A stretch of 35,602 bases of DNA, taken from NCBI GenBank assembly GCA_030612945.1, contig JAUWMY010000001.1, positions 1 through 35,602 of the forward strand, written 5' to 3'. The position numbers and the translations under genes were made by a program. Below are positions 1 to 9,182 of the stretch, one piece after another; position 1 is the first letter of the stretch; every line of letters starts with the position of its first letter. A model generated the notes under the pieces. It did not search any database. It was not told the origin of the DNA and was given only the letters and a program-made list of their open reading frames with translations. The DNA is from Desulfobacteraceae bacterium (GTDB lineage: Bacteria; Desulfobacterota; DSM-4660; Desulfatiglandales; Desulfatiglandaceae).

Positions 1-633
1 TATTTCATGCCATACGCCTTCCGATATACAAATAAAAAGAATCTTATCTTCCGTGCTTTCAAGGGCAAAATCCCCTTCCATTTTAAGGCTGGTTCCATCC
101 TTCAGGGTCACAACCCTGGCAGCGTTCTCCGCCTGGATCAATAGGAGTTCGCCCTCGTTTCCTCCTTTTATAGTATCCAGGTCATCTGATGCTGCATTAC
201 CCTCTGTATCAATACTGTGGAAGCGAAATTTAATATCTTCGATTACTATTACTTCACCTGTAGAAATAACAAGCTCGGATAATACAGGGAATCCCATCAT
301 ACCCTTTACGCCAACCCAATCCGGGAACTGATCACCTCCTAGCGTTGTTTTCGTTATTGTCGGATTTCCAATTTGACTCAATAGACCATAAGCGTTTTCA
401 GAATAGGCGATAAAATCATATTCGGTTCCAGGTGTCAGATTATCAACACGGACACGCCACCCCAAACCGCTACCTGATTGTCCTGTCAGCACGGTGTATC
501 TGGCAGCATTGCTGCGTTTAAAACCAAATTTGATTTTAACAAAATTCGGATGATTCGGAGCCTGCGCAGAAAGCTCTGCGTATGCCATGACAAAACCGTC
601 TATTCCTTGATATGTGCCTGTATTTACTTTCAT
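1..633 (-). CDS. tail fibre / host-recognition protein, N-terminal 211 codons (gene continues beyond the window start)
   Basis: Missing from the ORF track because no stop lies in the window. Minus-strand ATG at 633 (MKVNTGTYQGIDGFVMAYAELSAQ...) and the frame stays open to base 1: no plus-strand triplet in register 1-3...631-633 is tta, cta or tca. Contains a fibronectin-III-like signature, NLTPGTEYDFIAYSENAYG. Located distal to the tail-tip genes. Confidence 0.6.
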   Translation of the reverse strand, partial: MKVNTGTYQGIDGFVMAYAELSAQAPNHPNFVKIKFGFKRSNAARYTVLTGQSGSGLGWRVRVDNLTPGTEYDFIAYSENAYGLLSQIGNPTITKTTLGGDQFPDWVGVKGMMGFPVLSELVISTGEVIVIEDIKFRFHSIDTEGNAASDDLDTIKGGNEGELLLIQAENAARVVTLKDGTSLKMEGDFALESTEDKILFICISEGVWHEI

Positions 634-645
634 TGCATTACATTG

Positions 646-2241
646 TTATAATGGAGCCGGTGGATGAATAGTTTTATAATCCTCATCATCACTCCCACTT
701 TCACCCGCAGGGATATCTCCCGCCACATAGGTATAAATATCCGAGCTGTATTCGCTGAGCATTAATCCGACTTTTCCCAGGTGTTTTTCGATCTCTTCTA
801 CCTTATAATTGCCGCTGATAGTATAATCCGGGATGTTGATAGACACGATCTTTTGCGCATCGAGATTGCAGCCATCCATACCCACCACAAGGCCCAACCT
901 GTTATCCGCATATTGCGCAAGCCTGGCCAGATAGCATGTAATCTTGTCAGCGGTTACTTGATCCTGCACAAAATCAGTCTCATAAAACTTATCTACACCG
1001 AACGAGAAAACATTCCGTTTATTTTCGTAATAGGGTCTTCTTTGTTTACGCTCATTTTTAGCATAACGGAGCGTCACACTCTTATGTGTTTGGGTCGCAG
1101 GCAGGGCGCTCCTGGATTCTATCTCCAGGATATTTTCATAATAGCCATCGCCGTGGCCGAAGCTCCCAGCGATATCGGTCTTATAAGTATCTATAAAAAT
1201 CTGCCACTCGCCCAGGCTATTCTGGATGAGATAACCACGGCACAAAAAGAGCAGCTCATCTATAATATCTTTCGCCCGTCGTTCTCCGGGAATGATGCCA
1301 TCGCAATACATAGAACCGATTGTATTTAGATTTTCTTTGGCCGCCACGAAAGAGTTATTATCCACGCTTTCTCCCAGGCCCCAGGTATCGTCACTCAGAA
1401 TCTGCTCAATTACATACGCAAAATTGCGTGGGTAACCCTGTACATCTGCTGTAAGCATATAAAGGCTTCCCCCAAAATCCTTTTGCTCCAGACCAAACCG
1501 GATAAACGCATAGCCAGGATATGGGCTTGCCTGAGAGCCGTCATAGACTTTATATTCCGAGGCACTGACCAGCCCGCCGTCCCGGTATACCGCGTCCACC
1601 GTCTGGATAGGGCCATAACCGATCAGGTAATCATAATGATCATCATTGAAATCATAATATATATAAAGAAGTGGTATGTTTTTTGCTCGACCAAACATAA
1701 TATTCAAGACCGCGCCCAGATCTGTAGCCTTTGGCCAATCCGTGGTATTTACCACTTTTTTCGGCAGTATGGTTTCCAGGATATCCATGCTGTTGAGCTC
1801 GGCAGTTATGACAGCCTCCTCACGCACATCGTATCCCTGGATCTTGCCCCTGAACAGGGTCTCGATCATGTTGGATTCCATAAGGATAGTATCGCCGTCC
1901 TCTAAGAGAATGTCATCTTCAGTGTATTCTGTCTCCAACTCGGTATCGACCAGGTTGGCCGGATCATAATATTTAATGGTCATGACTACGCCGCGCAGTT
2001 CGCTGCTATTCACGAGGCTATGCCAGGCACCACTCCGGTTGCCGAATCTGAGCTGCACGGTCATGGGCTCATTTGCGCCCCAGAACCTGTCTAAGAGGCT
2101 CTCGCGCAATACGGGCTCATTCAAGAGCGTGCCCTCATAAAAGTTATCGTCAGTGTCATAGAGGTCCTCGGTGGCAAAACGATATGTGGTAGCGCCCACA
2201 GTCATCTCCACCAATATCCTGGGTGCATAGCTCTTTTGCAT
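646..2241 (-). CDS. tail-tip / hub-like structural protein (531 aa)
   Basis: Long ORF. Its ATG overlaps the upstream stop (TAATG at 2239-2243), which suggests translational coupling. It is the second gene after the tape measure. Function is assigned by position only. Confidence 0.7.
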   Translation of the reverse strand: MQKSYAPRILVEMTVGATTYRFATEDLYDTDDNFYEGTLLNEPVLRESLLDRFWGANEPMTVQLRFGNRSGAWHSLVNSSELRGVVMTIKYYDPANLVDTELETEYTEDDILLEDGDTILMESNMIETLFRGKIQGYDVREEAVITAELNSMDILETILPKKVVNTTDWPKATDLGAVLNIMFGRAKNIPLLYIYYDFNDDHYDYLIGYGPIQTVDAVYRDGGLVSASEYKVYDGSQASPYPGYAFIRFGLEQKDFGGSLYMLTADVQGYPRNFAYVIEQILSDDTWGLGESVDNNSFVAAKENLNTIGSMYCDGIIPGERRAKDIIDELLFLCRGYLIQNSLGEWQIFIDTYKTDIAGSFGHGDGYYENILEIESRSALPATQTHKSVTLRYAKNERKQRRPYYENKRNVFSFGVDKFYETDFVQDQVTADKITCYLARLAQYADNRLGLVVGMDGCNLDAQKIVSINIPDYTISGNYKVEEIEKHLGKVGLMLSEYSSDIYTYVAGDIPAGESGSDDEDYKTIHPPAPL

Positions 2242-3035
2242 TACACCAACTCCTCGAACCTGATCACGTCGGAGCGGAGCCGCTTATTTCCCTCGAGGGA
2301 GAGGTGAAAATCATTATCCCGAACACAGAGATATGCATATTGCGTGTCCCCCTCGTTCTCAAAAAAGATTAATGGCTCCGCGTTATCCAGGGCATTGATG
2401 GCCCACAGTTCGTCTTCCTGTGTGGCATGGCGTTTGCCGAATGCGACCTCTCCTTTCCATATGAGATTCTGGCCCAGCCCGATCCGCTCCTTGCCTCCGG
2501 ACAGTTTGGAATTATCCCTGTATGGCTTTGACGCCTCGTACTCATATGGAAAAACGTTACTGACCGAGAGAGTGATAGTCTTGGCCGCATCGGTGGGGAG
2601 CAGCGCCAGGGTACCCGCGGCCCACACGGCCGGATCGGCCACCCGAGTGGCGCCGTTCTGGATAAAGATTCTAATCCAACGATAATTAAAGGCCGTTAGG
2701 GCGCAATAGGCCTTGTATCTCTGAACCCTTTCGTCTTTGGTTATGTCAAAGTTGGCCGTAAAGCTGGGCGAGGTCCACACATCCGTGGCGTGCCCCTGGA
2801 TCGTGATCTTGTCAAAGTTCACATCGTTAATAAATACGGCCGCCAGGGCCGTTGCCGCTCCCATATCTATCTTAATAAGCCAGTCATTAGTATTGGCATC
2901 CTGTGCCCGGAAATGTTTTTTCATATGCCACAGCTCATTGATATTGGCCTTGGGATAGCTGGAGTTCTCTGTGCGAACCGATATATCCGCATCGACATAT
3001 TCCACAAAATTCCCTGCAAAAATAAGATTAGCCAA
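2241..3035 (-). CDS. distal-tail-protein-like structural protein (264 aa), TTG start
   Basis: First ORF downstream of the tape measure. The only upstream in-frame start is TTG at 3035, preceded by GGCACTTATTT, the same context as the TTG start at 9043. The next Met is at residue 38. Confidence 0.65.
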   Translation of the reverse strand: MANLIFAGNFVEYVDADISVRTENSSYPKANINELWHMKKHFRAQDANTNDWLIKIDMGAATALAAVFINDVNFDKITIQGHATDVWTSPSFTANFDITKDERVQRYKAYCALTAFNYRWIRIFIQNGATRVADPAVWAAGTLALLPTDAAKTITLSVSNVFPYEYEASKPYRDNSKLSGGKERIGLGQNLIWKGEVAFGKRHATQEDELWAINALDNAEPLIFFENEGDTQYAYLCVRDNDFHLSLEGNKRLRSDVIRFEELV

Positions 3036-3177
3036 AATAAGTGCCTAAAGTGCCTAAAGTGAACTAAAGTGCCTAAAGTTATGGAACGCTCCGCTGATCT
3101 ACATCGAGGTTTTTGTCAAAACAGGAGCGAAGCGTTCATCCAATAGTCAATAGTCAATCGAAAATAGTCAATTCTTA
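3036..3177. repeat. full composite junction element: nonamer array AAGTGCCTA x4 (3039-3080), core inverted repeat GAACGCTCCGCT (3084-3095) / AGCGAAGCGTTC (3126-3137) around a 30-nt loop, heptamer array AATAGTC-like x5 (3142-3176)
   Basis: Read directly from the sequence. It fills the entire gap between the tape-measure stop and the next gene's TTG start. Confidence 0.9.
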
Positions 3178-6003
3178 CTGGTATTTCACCGCTTCCTGCA
3201 CAATCTTCCGTCCCCGGCCTCGCATGAAGCGCTCAAATTCGCCCGTGATTTCCCTGCTCGCTCTCATGGAGTCCCTGGAGCCGTCCACCTGGATTGAAGG
3301 CTGGAAGTTGACGATCACGCTTGCGCCCTCGCCCGGCGGGGTCACCCGTTCCCCACGATGTAAAATTGCGGGACCGGTGACCGGCACATAATCCGTGCCG
3401 TGCTGGTAGGATTCCATGCCCTGGAGCCAGCCCACCAGGCTGTTCAGCGCGGCAGTGGTTTCAGCATAAATATTTTGATATTCCAACGATGGCCGTTGAT
3501 ACGCCTCCTGGGCAATGCGCAGGTAATTCATCCAGAGATTTTGTATTTTGCTTACATCCTCCGGCGTCATATCAGGCCCCATAGCCGAGCCGATGGCCTT
3601 TTTGGCCAGGGCCAGCCTCTCCATTGCATCGAGGGGGCTGTCGCTGCCCGTGGTTAAATTAAGGAGCGTGGTCTGGAGGCCCTCTATCTGCCTGGCATAC
3701 TTGACCGTTGCTGTGGTTAAACCATCAAGGGCCATCTGCCTGTATTTCTCTATCTGGGCCAGGCGCTCCTCTGTGCTGCCCAACTGTGTCAACTGCTGTA
3801 TCCATGCATCAAACTGCTCATTTATATTATGTATCTGCACTTCCAGGTCCGAGACAGCCCCACCCATGACCGATGCCTGCCAGGAGATATCTTCCCACGC
3901 AAGCATCTCGGCAAAAGAAATATTGCCCGCAGCCCTTGCAGCCGCATTAAAGGCTTCCTCTACCTGGGCCGTCCATTTCTGCGCCATCGCCTGTATGACC
4001 TGCTCCGCGTTTTTGAATTTGAAATTATAGTCTGTGGGCTTAAAGACAATACTGCTCAGATAGGGCGCTAACTCATCTTGCAATTTCATTGGAACGCTTT
4101 TAAACATGGCGTCGGCGTTGGCCACTATCTGCTCATACAGATCGCGAATGGCATCTGTTATTTCCTCGCCTTTACCCCAATGTGTAAGTTTGGTGGTAGC
4201 TTCAAAGCCCTGCCCGGATTCATACGTTGCGCGAAAATAGTCTTCCGGGGCAAATTTATATCGAGGCTCTTTTTCTTTGCCAAGCCCCATCCATTTCCCT
4301 ACCATCTGGCCGAATGTCCAGCCCGCATAGGCCGCCATGCCATAAGCGCCAAGCGTGGCAACCCACGACGGCATTTGAGTGCCGGCGCCGGCGTCGGTTT
4401 CCTGTGTTGCTCCAAATAAACCGGATGCACTTCCCATGCTGGTGGCTATGGGGATCACGATCTTTTTCATGGCCGCGGCCGCCGCCATCTCCGCCAGCAT
4501 ACGGAGAAAGGCTTTTTTCATGCTGTCGAGAAAGTCATCGAAACTATCTAACTGGCCTGAGAATATATCGTAGAACGTATCGGCGAAATTCGACTGGACA
4601 TTGTCGATAAAGGTATTGTAAATTTGCTCCATTTCATTGACGGTCTTTTCGGTGGCTTTCTTTTCTTTTTCGGCCTTCCATACAGTAAATTCGGTTACGG
4701 CCTTTTTGCTTTTTTCCACCCACTCATCAGCCTGAGCCCAGTCCTGCCACATATCCCTGCTTTTATTGCCTGCTTCCTCTATTGCCCTGGCAAGTTCTTT
4801 TACTTCGCGAGTGGTTTCTTTCACTTCCTCCGGAGGGACAATTATTCCTCTGAAATGAGGTCCCTGCATGAGTCGTTCGCCTTTTTTGACAAGCTCTTCG
4901 AGCTCTTTAAAATTAGCAGTTGCTATTTCACTAAATTCAAGAACACCCGCCGAGGCCATGCCAAGCGCTTTAGATAGATTGCTAACCCAATTCTTCATAT
5001 GGGCCAAAGAGCCAAGCAACACAGCCCCTTTTCTTCCCCATAAGGCAAGTCCGACTATACCATACTTTATTATGTCAGGATCATAGGATATGATTTTCCA
5101 CATCGTCTTTAATGCCGTGATTATCTTTTCAATGTACTCAGGCACTGTTTGTTTTATTATTGCCTTATTTTGCTCGATCCAAAGCTCCATTTTGTCTGTC
5201 ACGCCGATCAGCTTTTCTTTAAGCAGATCAAAGACGCCTGCCTGGCCGATCTTGAGTGCCAGCTCGCCGAACTGTTCTTTCGCGTCACCTGTCAAGTTCC
5301 TTAACTGTACCAATCCACCATAGCCTGTCCTGGCCAGTGCCTCGGCCTGGCCCCCTACCTGTTTTTCGATCTCGCCCAATATGGCTGCAAAGTCACCGGA
5401 TTTCCCGATATTCTCATCGATGGTGATACCGACCCGGCGCAGTTCGCCTGCAAGGCCCATTGAAGCCTTACCCAGCATGTTGGCTGCCTGCCGGGTATCG
5501 CCGCCCATGAGCGCGGCAAGGTCGAGCATGGTCTTTATGGATCTGGGCAGCAAGTCGTCGGTAATGGCCTTGTAAGTTAGAAGAAATTTGGTGCCCTCTA
5601 TAGTGGCTTCGTCCCCGAAGGTCGTGACTTGCTGGAACGCCCCGGCCAGACCGATAAGCTCATCACGCAGTTGCGGCGTATACCGGCCCATGCTGCGCAT
5701 GGCCTGTTCCATACCGGCTACTGATTGCTGTTGTTTACCCGCTGCTTCCATAAAATCATTGATCCAGCGGATTGAACTTCTGATAACCATAAAGCCGCCA
5801 AAGGCGGCCACGAGTTTAAGAACGTTGCTATGTGTAGTCTTGAGCTTCTTATTAAAATCCCCCACACTCCGGCCCGTGCGCTTAAAGGACTGCTCGCCCT
5901 TGCGGCCGGTCTTATCCATCTGGTCGCCGAACTGCTTGACCTTGACCGTGCCCTTGTCGTCGACCTTTATCTCTATTTTAACGGTGCCGGTGTTTGTAGA
6001 CAT
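3175..6003 (-). CDS. tail tape measure protein (942 aa)
   Basis: Largest ORF in the window and mostly helical. Has a core resembling TP901-family tape measures (GDEATIEGTKFLLTY...AANMLGKASMGLAGEL) and a Gly/Ala hydrophobic segment. Immediately preceded by a chaperone gene carrying a frameshift signal. Confidence 0.9.
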   Translation of the reverse strand: MSTNTGTVKIEIKVDDKGTVKVKQFGDQMDKTGRKGEQSFKRTGRSVGDFNKKLKTTHSNVLKLVAAFGGFMVIRSSIRWINDFMEAAGKQQQSVAGMEQAMRSMGRYTPQLRDELIGLAGAFQQVTTFGDEATIEGTKFLLTYKAITDDLLPRSIKTMLDLAALMGGDTRQAANMLGKASMGLAGELRRVGITIDENIGKSGDFAAILGEIEKQVGGQAEALARTGYGGLVQLRNLTGDAKEQFGELALKIGQAGVFDLLKEKLIGVTDKMELWIEQNKAIIKQTVPEYIEKIITALKTMWKIISYDPDIIKYGIVGLALWGRKGAVLLGSLAHMKNWVSNLSKALGMASAGVLEFSEIATANFKELEELVKKGERLMQGPHFRGIIVPPEEVKETTREVKELARAIEEAGNKSRDMWQDWAQADEWVEKSKKAVTEFTVWKAEKEKKATEKTVNEMEQIYNTFIDNVQSNFADTFYDIFSGQLDSFDDFLDSMKKAFLRMLAEMAAAAAMKKIVIPIATSMGSASGLFGATQETDAGAGTQMPSWVATLGAYGMAAYAGWTFGQMVGKWMGLGKEKEPRYKFAPEDYFRATYESGQGFEATTKLTHWGKGEEITDAIRDLYEQIVANADAMFKSVPMKLQDELAPYLSSIVFKPTDYNFKFKNAEQVIQAMAQKWTAQVEEAFNAAARAAGNISFAEMLAWEDISWQASVMGGAVSDLEVQIHNINEQFDAWIQQLTQLGSTEERLAQIEKYRQMALDGLTTATVKYARQIEGLQTTLLNLTTGSDSPLDAMERLALAKKAIGSAMGPDMTPEDVSKIQNLWMNYLRIAQEAYQRPSLEYQNIYAETTAALNSLVGWLQGMESYQHGTDYVPVTGPAILHRGERVTPPGEGASVIVNFQPSIQVDGSRDSMRASREITGEFERFMRGRGRKIVQEAVKYQ

Positions 6004-6670
6004 TGCTCAAGCCTTCCCAGATCGAGCCATTCTTCATAGGTTAAATCATTTGCCCTGAAGGGATATCCCGCTTCCCTCAGGGTGCGGACACGTAAGAGTT
6101 TGATTGTATAAGGATGAAGATCTTCGGCACGCATTTTCTGGCAGTTGCCGCAGGCCCATTCCAGGTTGTCTCCGAATTCTGCCTCGCACTTTTCCTGCTC
6201 TGCCTCATTACAAAGCCCTTCCTTGATCGCCCGAAGATCCTCGGTTAGTTTTTTTCAGCGTCCTCTGTAGTCGATCCGCCATCTTCCTCTTCATTCATGA
6301 TCTCCGCCGAAGCCTCGAAGACGTGGGCCGCTAACAGCTCTACGATATCGGACGCGTACTTCATCATGAGGTCTTTCCATTCCGGATCATGGTGCGGTGA
6401 CTTCGGATCACTGGCAATGGGAATGTCTTTGCCGCCCTTCTTAATAATAAAGTCCCCCTCACGGATCCCGGCCAGGATCTTAAGCCCGAATTTCTGCCGG
6501 GCCTGGGCCGTGCGAAAGAGCAGCTTATTGCGTGTCCGCCGGATGCTCTCGTTACTAAACGCGGCCCGCTCCTCGGTCGTAGGCCGACGGTAATAAACCT
6601 CCAGCTCCATGTTTGAAATGTTATCCCAGATCTTCAATGTATTGAGACCATCATCCATTATTCTCGGCAT
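5973..6670 (-). CDS. tail assembly chaperone frameshift product (lambda GT-like), made by a -1 slip in the A7 run at 6249-6255
   Basis: The -1 frame is open for 92 codons from 6248 to the TAG at 5973-5975 (LTEDLRAIKEGLCNEAEQEKCEAEFGDNLEWACGNCQK...LEQCLQTPAPLK) and overlaps the tape-measure start. This stretch is absent from the ORF track because it has no start codon of its own. Confidence 0.6.
6245..6670 (-). CDS. tail assembly chaperone (lambda G-like), 141 aa
   Basis: Small acidic-tailed ORF lying between the major tail candidate and the tape measure. Ends GAA AAA AAC TAA, with an A7 slippery run. RBS AAGGGAG lies 6 nt upstream of the ATG at 6670. Confidence 0.8.
   Translation of the reverse strand: MPRIMDDGLNTLKIWDNISNMELEVYYRRPTTEERAAFSNESIRRTRNKLLFRTAQARQKFGLKILAGIREGDFIIKKGGKDIPIASDPKSPHHDPEWKDLMMKYASDIVELLAAHVFEASAEIMNEEEDGGSTTEDAEKN
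6249..6255 (-). promoter_or_regulatory. -1 programmed frameshift slippery sequence (mRNA G AAA AAA C directly before the TAA)
   Basis: Seven consecutive T on the plus strand at 6249-6255. This is the canonical position in the chaperone gene just upstream of the tape measure. Confidence 0.6.
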
Positions 6671-6684
6671 GTTTGCTCCCTTCT

Positions 6685-6823
6685 AAGAATTGAATATTGA
6701 CTATTGTCTATTGACTATTTAATGAACGCTATGCTCCTATTTTAAGGATCTTTGTTTTTGTCAAAATAAAGCGAAGCGTTCCTCAACTTTAGGCACTTCG
6801 AACTTTAGGCATTTTAGGCACTT
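6685..6823. repeat. full composite junction element in the opposite orientation: GACTATT-type heptamers (6685-6718), core 6724-6735 / 6770-6781, nonamers TTTAGGCAC x3 (6787-6823)
   Basis: Read directly. It is the mirror arrangement of the 3036-3177 element. Confidence 0.9.
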
Positions 6824-6837
6824 CTTTCTTCAATCAC

Positions 6838-8304
6838 CTACGCCGCATAGGTGGACTGCAAATTCTTCACATTCACAATCACACTCCCATAAGTATCATC
6901 CTCAAGCACGGTCAGATCCCCTGCCTCGGCCACGCGCTTGCCGTCCACATTGAGCGGCGCGTTCAGGACCGCAACCTTGGGGAAGATGATCTCCACCTGG
7001 TATTTGTGGGGGGTGTCATATATGGCGCCCTCGCACAGGATATAGACACCGAAATCATCGTTATCATCGATATGCTGCTGGAGGATATATTCCCGGAATT
7101 CCCGGTCCAGCTTGATGGTCTGGATCCGGGCCGGTCTGAATGCCCTGGACGCATATGAATCCCCCGCGCCCGGCACAAACTCGATCTCCATGTTATTATT
7201 AAACGCCCACTCGATGCTCCGGATCTCGGCGTCCAACTCACGGCCGCCCTCGAATGCGCTGCCACTCCAGGTACCGCCCAGTTTCACGGTCATTTCGGCC
7301 ACCCTCAGGGGTGTCTCCGATACCCTGGCGGGAAAGGTCATCCAGGCATCCGTAATGCACTCCCAGGTTACGGTGCCGTCCACCACGGTCTCGCCGATAG
7401 TGGTGGGCCAGGCCCCCGGTTCGCCCGCGCCCGATGTACCGGCAACCGTACAGATATACCAGTAATCGTTTAGAACGGTCGGCTTGCAGCGGTCGTCGGC
7501 GGAGTATGCCGTGGTGGCCGCCCAATCGTCCGGCACTACTTCATCCGGTATATAAAGGATTTTATAGTCCTTCAGGGCACTCGCTCCGCCTGCACTGGTA
7601 ATAGTAATGACCGCAGGCGTGGCGTCGGAAACGACGCTGTAGTCCACCTCCGTCCAGACACCTGACGTCAGCTCTATGCGAATCCGCTGCACATTCTGGA
7701 GCCTTTCCGCTGCATCGGCGCCCTCTACCCCATTGGCAGCCAGGGTCAGGGCCACGGCATCATCGAGTGCATTGACGGTTTCCTCATGGACATTATCGGT
7801 CACCTTGCCGGTGCCTTTTATGTCGCCCCGGATCTTGACCCAGTCGTCCGCCGCAAACGTGGCCGCAAACGAGTCCACGAACATAGAGGCAAAGCGCCGC
7901 TTCAGGACGGTCTTTCCAAAGCGCTGCGCCGCGGTAAAACACGGTAACGACCGGGACGCATCTTCGTCGTCCTCAATGGGCGTAAGGGTATGTTCATGCC
8001 CGGTGCCTGCAGCGCCAGTGCTGATGGCCCCCAGGGCATAAGCCAATAGAAGCGCGAAGTGCTGGGGCTGGGCCTTTTCAAAATTAAATGATCCAACGGC
8101 CAGGCCTCCCAGGTCATAAATGGTATCCGGCTCTTCGTTGCCCGTGAGCTCCTCGGCATTACTCTCCCTTCTCGGCTCCAGGTTTATCACATCGCTCATG
8201 GCCACGAGCATAGAGGTATCGAGTGTCTGCTCTTTGTTGATGGCCGTTTCCTTATTGTTGGCAGATACCGCCAACAGGTTATGTGTTGCTCTCCAGGATC
8301 TCAT
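6838..8304 (-). CDS. candidate major tail (tube) protein with an inserted Trp/Cys-containing beta-rich domain (488 aa)
   Basis: Sits immediately upstream of the G/GT chaperone pair, the slot occupied by lambda V. Has a strong RBS module (GCGACTGAAAGGAGC-N5-ATG). Unusually large for a tube protein. Central segment: DDWAATTAYSADDRCKPTVLNDYWYICTVAGTSGAGEPGAWPTTIGETVVDGTVTWECI. Confidence 0.45.
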   Translation of the reverse strand: MRSWRATHNLLAVSANNKETAINKEQTLDTSMLVAMSDVINLEPRRESNAEELTGNEEPDTIYDLGGLAVGSFNFEKAQPQHFALLLAYALGAISTGAAGTGHEHTLTPIEDDEDASRSLPCFTAAQRFGKTVLKRRFASMFVDSFAATFAADDWVKIRGDIKGTGKVTDNVHEETVNALDDAVALTLAANGVEGADAAERLQNVQRIRIELTSGVWTEVDYSVVSDATPAVITITSAGGASALKDYKILYIPDEVVPDDWAATTAYSADDRCKPTVLNDYWYICTVAGTSGAGEPGAWPTTIGETVVDGTVTWECITDAWMTFPARVSETPLRVAEMTVKLGGTWSGSAFEGGRELDAEIRSIEWAFNNNMEIEFVPGAGDSYASRAFRPARIQTIKLDREFREYILQQHIDDNDDFGVYILCEGAIYDTPHKYQVEIIFPKVAVLNAPLNVDGKRVAEAGDLTVLEDDTYGSVIVNVKNLQSTYAA

Positions 8305-8448
8305 TTTTAGCTCCTTTCAGTCGCAGGGTTCAAAGGTTCAGGGTTCAAGGTTCAGGGGTTTCTGCTCTTTGGTTTCTGACTGGAGTTTATTCCGGTATTC
8401 CCGGAACCCTCTGACTTCTGATCTCTGATCTCTGACTTCTGACCTCTG
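8305..8448. repeat. junction module: RBS block GCTCCTTTCAGTCGC, GGTTCAR heptamers (8326-8360), 29-bp hairpin motif (8385-8413), TCTGAYN heptamers x5 (8410-8448)
   Basis: Read directly. Confidence 0.9.
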
Positions 8449-8597
8449 GCTTTTATCGGTTTGATTTCTTCAAACTTCCTCTTCTCCTCGGGCGGTACTT
8501 CCCCATACGCCTTGCCTCGCACAAACTTCCTCCCGGCAAAAGGCCCGTCCACCACGTCAAAATTCTCAATTCCTTTTTTAAGTTTATACTGGGTCAT
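8352..8597 (-). CDS. small virion-module protein (81 aa; the last ~28 residues are encoded by repeat arrays)
   Basis: The ATG overlaps the upstream gene's stop. The C-terminal RGQKSEIRDQKSEGSGNTGINSSQKPKSRNP is a translation of the TCTGAYN array, the 29-bp hairpin motif and the GGTTCAR array. The stop TGA lies inside that last array. Confidence 0.5.
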   Translation of the reverse strand: MTQYKLKKGIENFDVVDGPFAGRKFVRGKAYGEVPPEEKRKFEEIKPIKARGQKSEIRDQKSEGSGNTGINSSQKPKSRNP

Positions 8598-9043
8598 GGT
8601 CTCAATCCCTCCCTAATGTATTGATAGGTGATCAGCTTCCTTTGCAGGGCCTCTTTTTCATCACCGAATAGCACGCTTCCTTCCTCCGAAGGGCTGTAGG
8701 CTTCTTGCATGCCGTCTATATCCAACAGGTTTTCATCCAGCGCTTCCTGAATATCATCGGAGATCTCCAGTACACCCTTCTTGCTCGTGGCCGTGTCTCC
8801 CATGATGCTGGCTTCGTCTTTTGCAAGTTGCACCATAATTACGATGGTCACATTCAGGGTAACTTCCAGCATACCGCTGGCAAGCTCTTTGCGATCAATG
8901 CGGCCGTCCTTAATCCCCACACAGGGCGGCCGCACCTGGCTCGGAATATAATTCTCATGGGGCGCGATGTAGATGTCGCTGTCCCGGATGTAAGTCAGAT
9001 CCGTTTGGAGCTGGGTTTGTATGGCGGTTAGAAGTGCTTTCAA
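8594..9043 (-). CDS. head-tail joining / tail-completion-like protein (149 aa), TTG start
   Basis: The N-terminus MKALLTAIQTQLQTDLTYIRD has the shape typical of tail-completion families. The start is TTG at 9043, preceded by GGGCACTTATTT. Located between the DUF1320 adaptor and the tail genes. Confidence 0.6.
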   Translation of the reverse strand: MKALLTAIQTQLQTDLTYIRDSDIYIAPHENYIPSQVRPPCVGIKDGRIDRKELASGMLEVTLNVTIVIMVQLAKDEASIMGDTATSKKGVLEISDDIQEALDENLLDIDGMQEAYSPSEEGSVLFGDEKEALQRKLITYQYIREGLRP

Positions 9044-9182
9044 AATAAGTGCCCTTTTCGATTGACTATTTTCGATTGTCTATTTGATGAACGCTTCGCT
9101 CCTATTTTGACAAAAACCTCGATGTAGATCAGCGTAGCGTTCCTTAGATAATCGTCAATATTCAATAGTCAATAGTCAATTC
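9044..9182. repeat. full composite junction element: AAATAAGTGCC, GACTATT-type arm (9059-9085), core 9089-9100 / 9131-9142 with the loop inverted relative to 3096-3125, AATAGTC-type arm (9143-9182)
   Basis: The loop CCTATTTTGACAAAAACCTCGATGTAGATC is the reverse complement (2 mismatches) of the loop at 3096-3125. Confidence 0.9.

Noticed and set aside
53-331. The 92-aa plus-strand ORF at the window start
   Set aside because: It lies antisense to the open minus-strand frame 1-633, which has a proper start, protein-like sequence and an FN3 motif.
3100-3125. A perfect TTGACA inside the core loop as a -35 box of internal promoters
   Set aside because: The nearest -10-like hexamer (TAGATC) is only 12 nt away and nothing suitable lies at 16-18 nt. 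The hexamer also faces either direction depending on the copy. It may still be a protein-binding site, but not a standard promoter.
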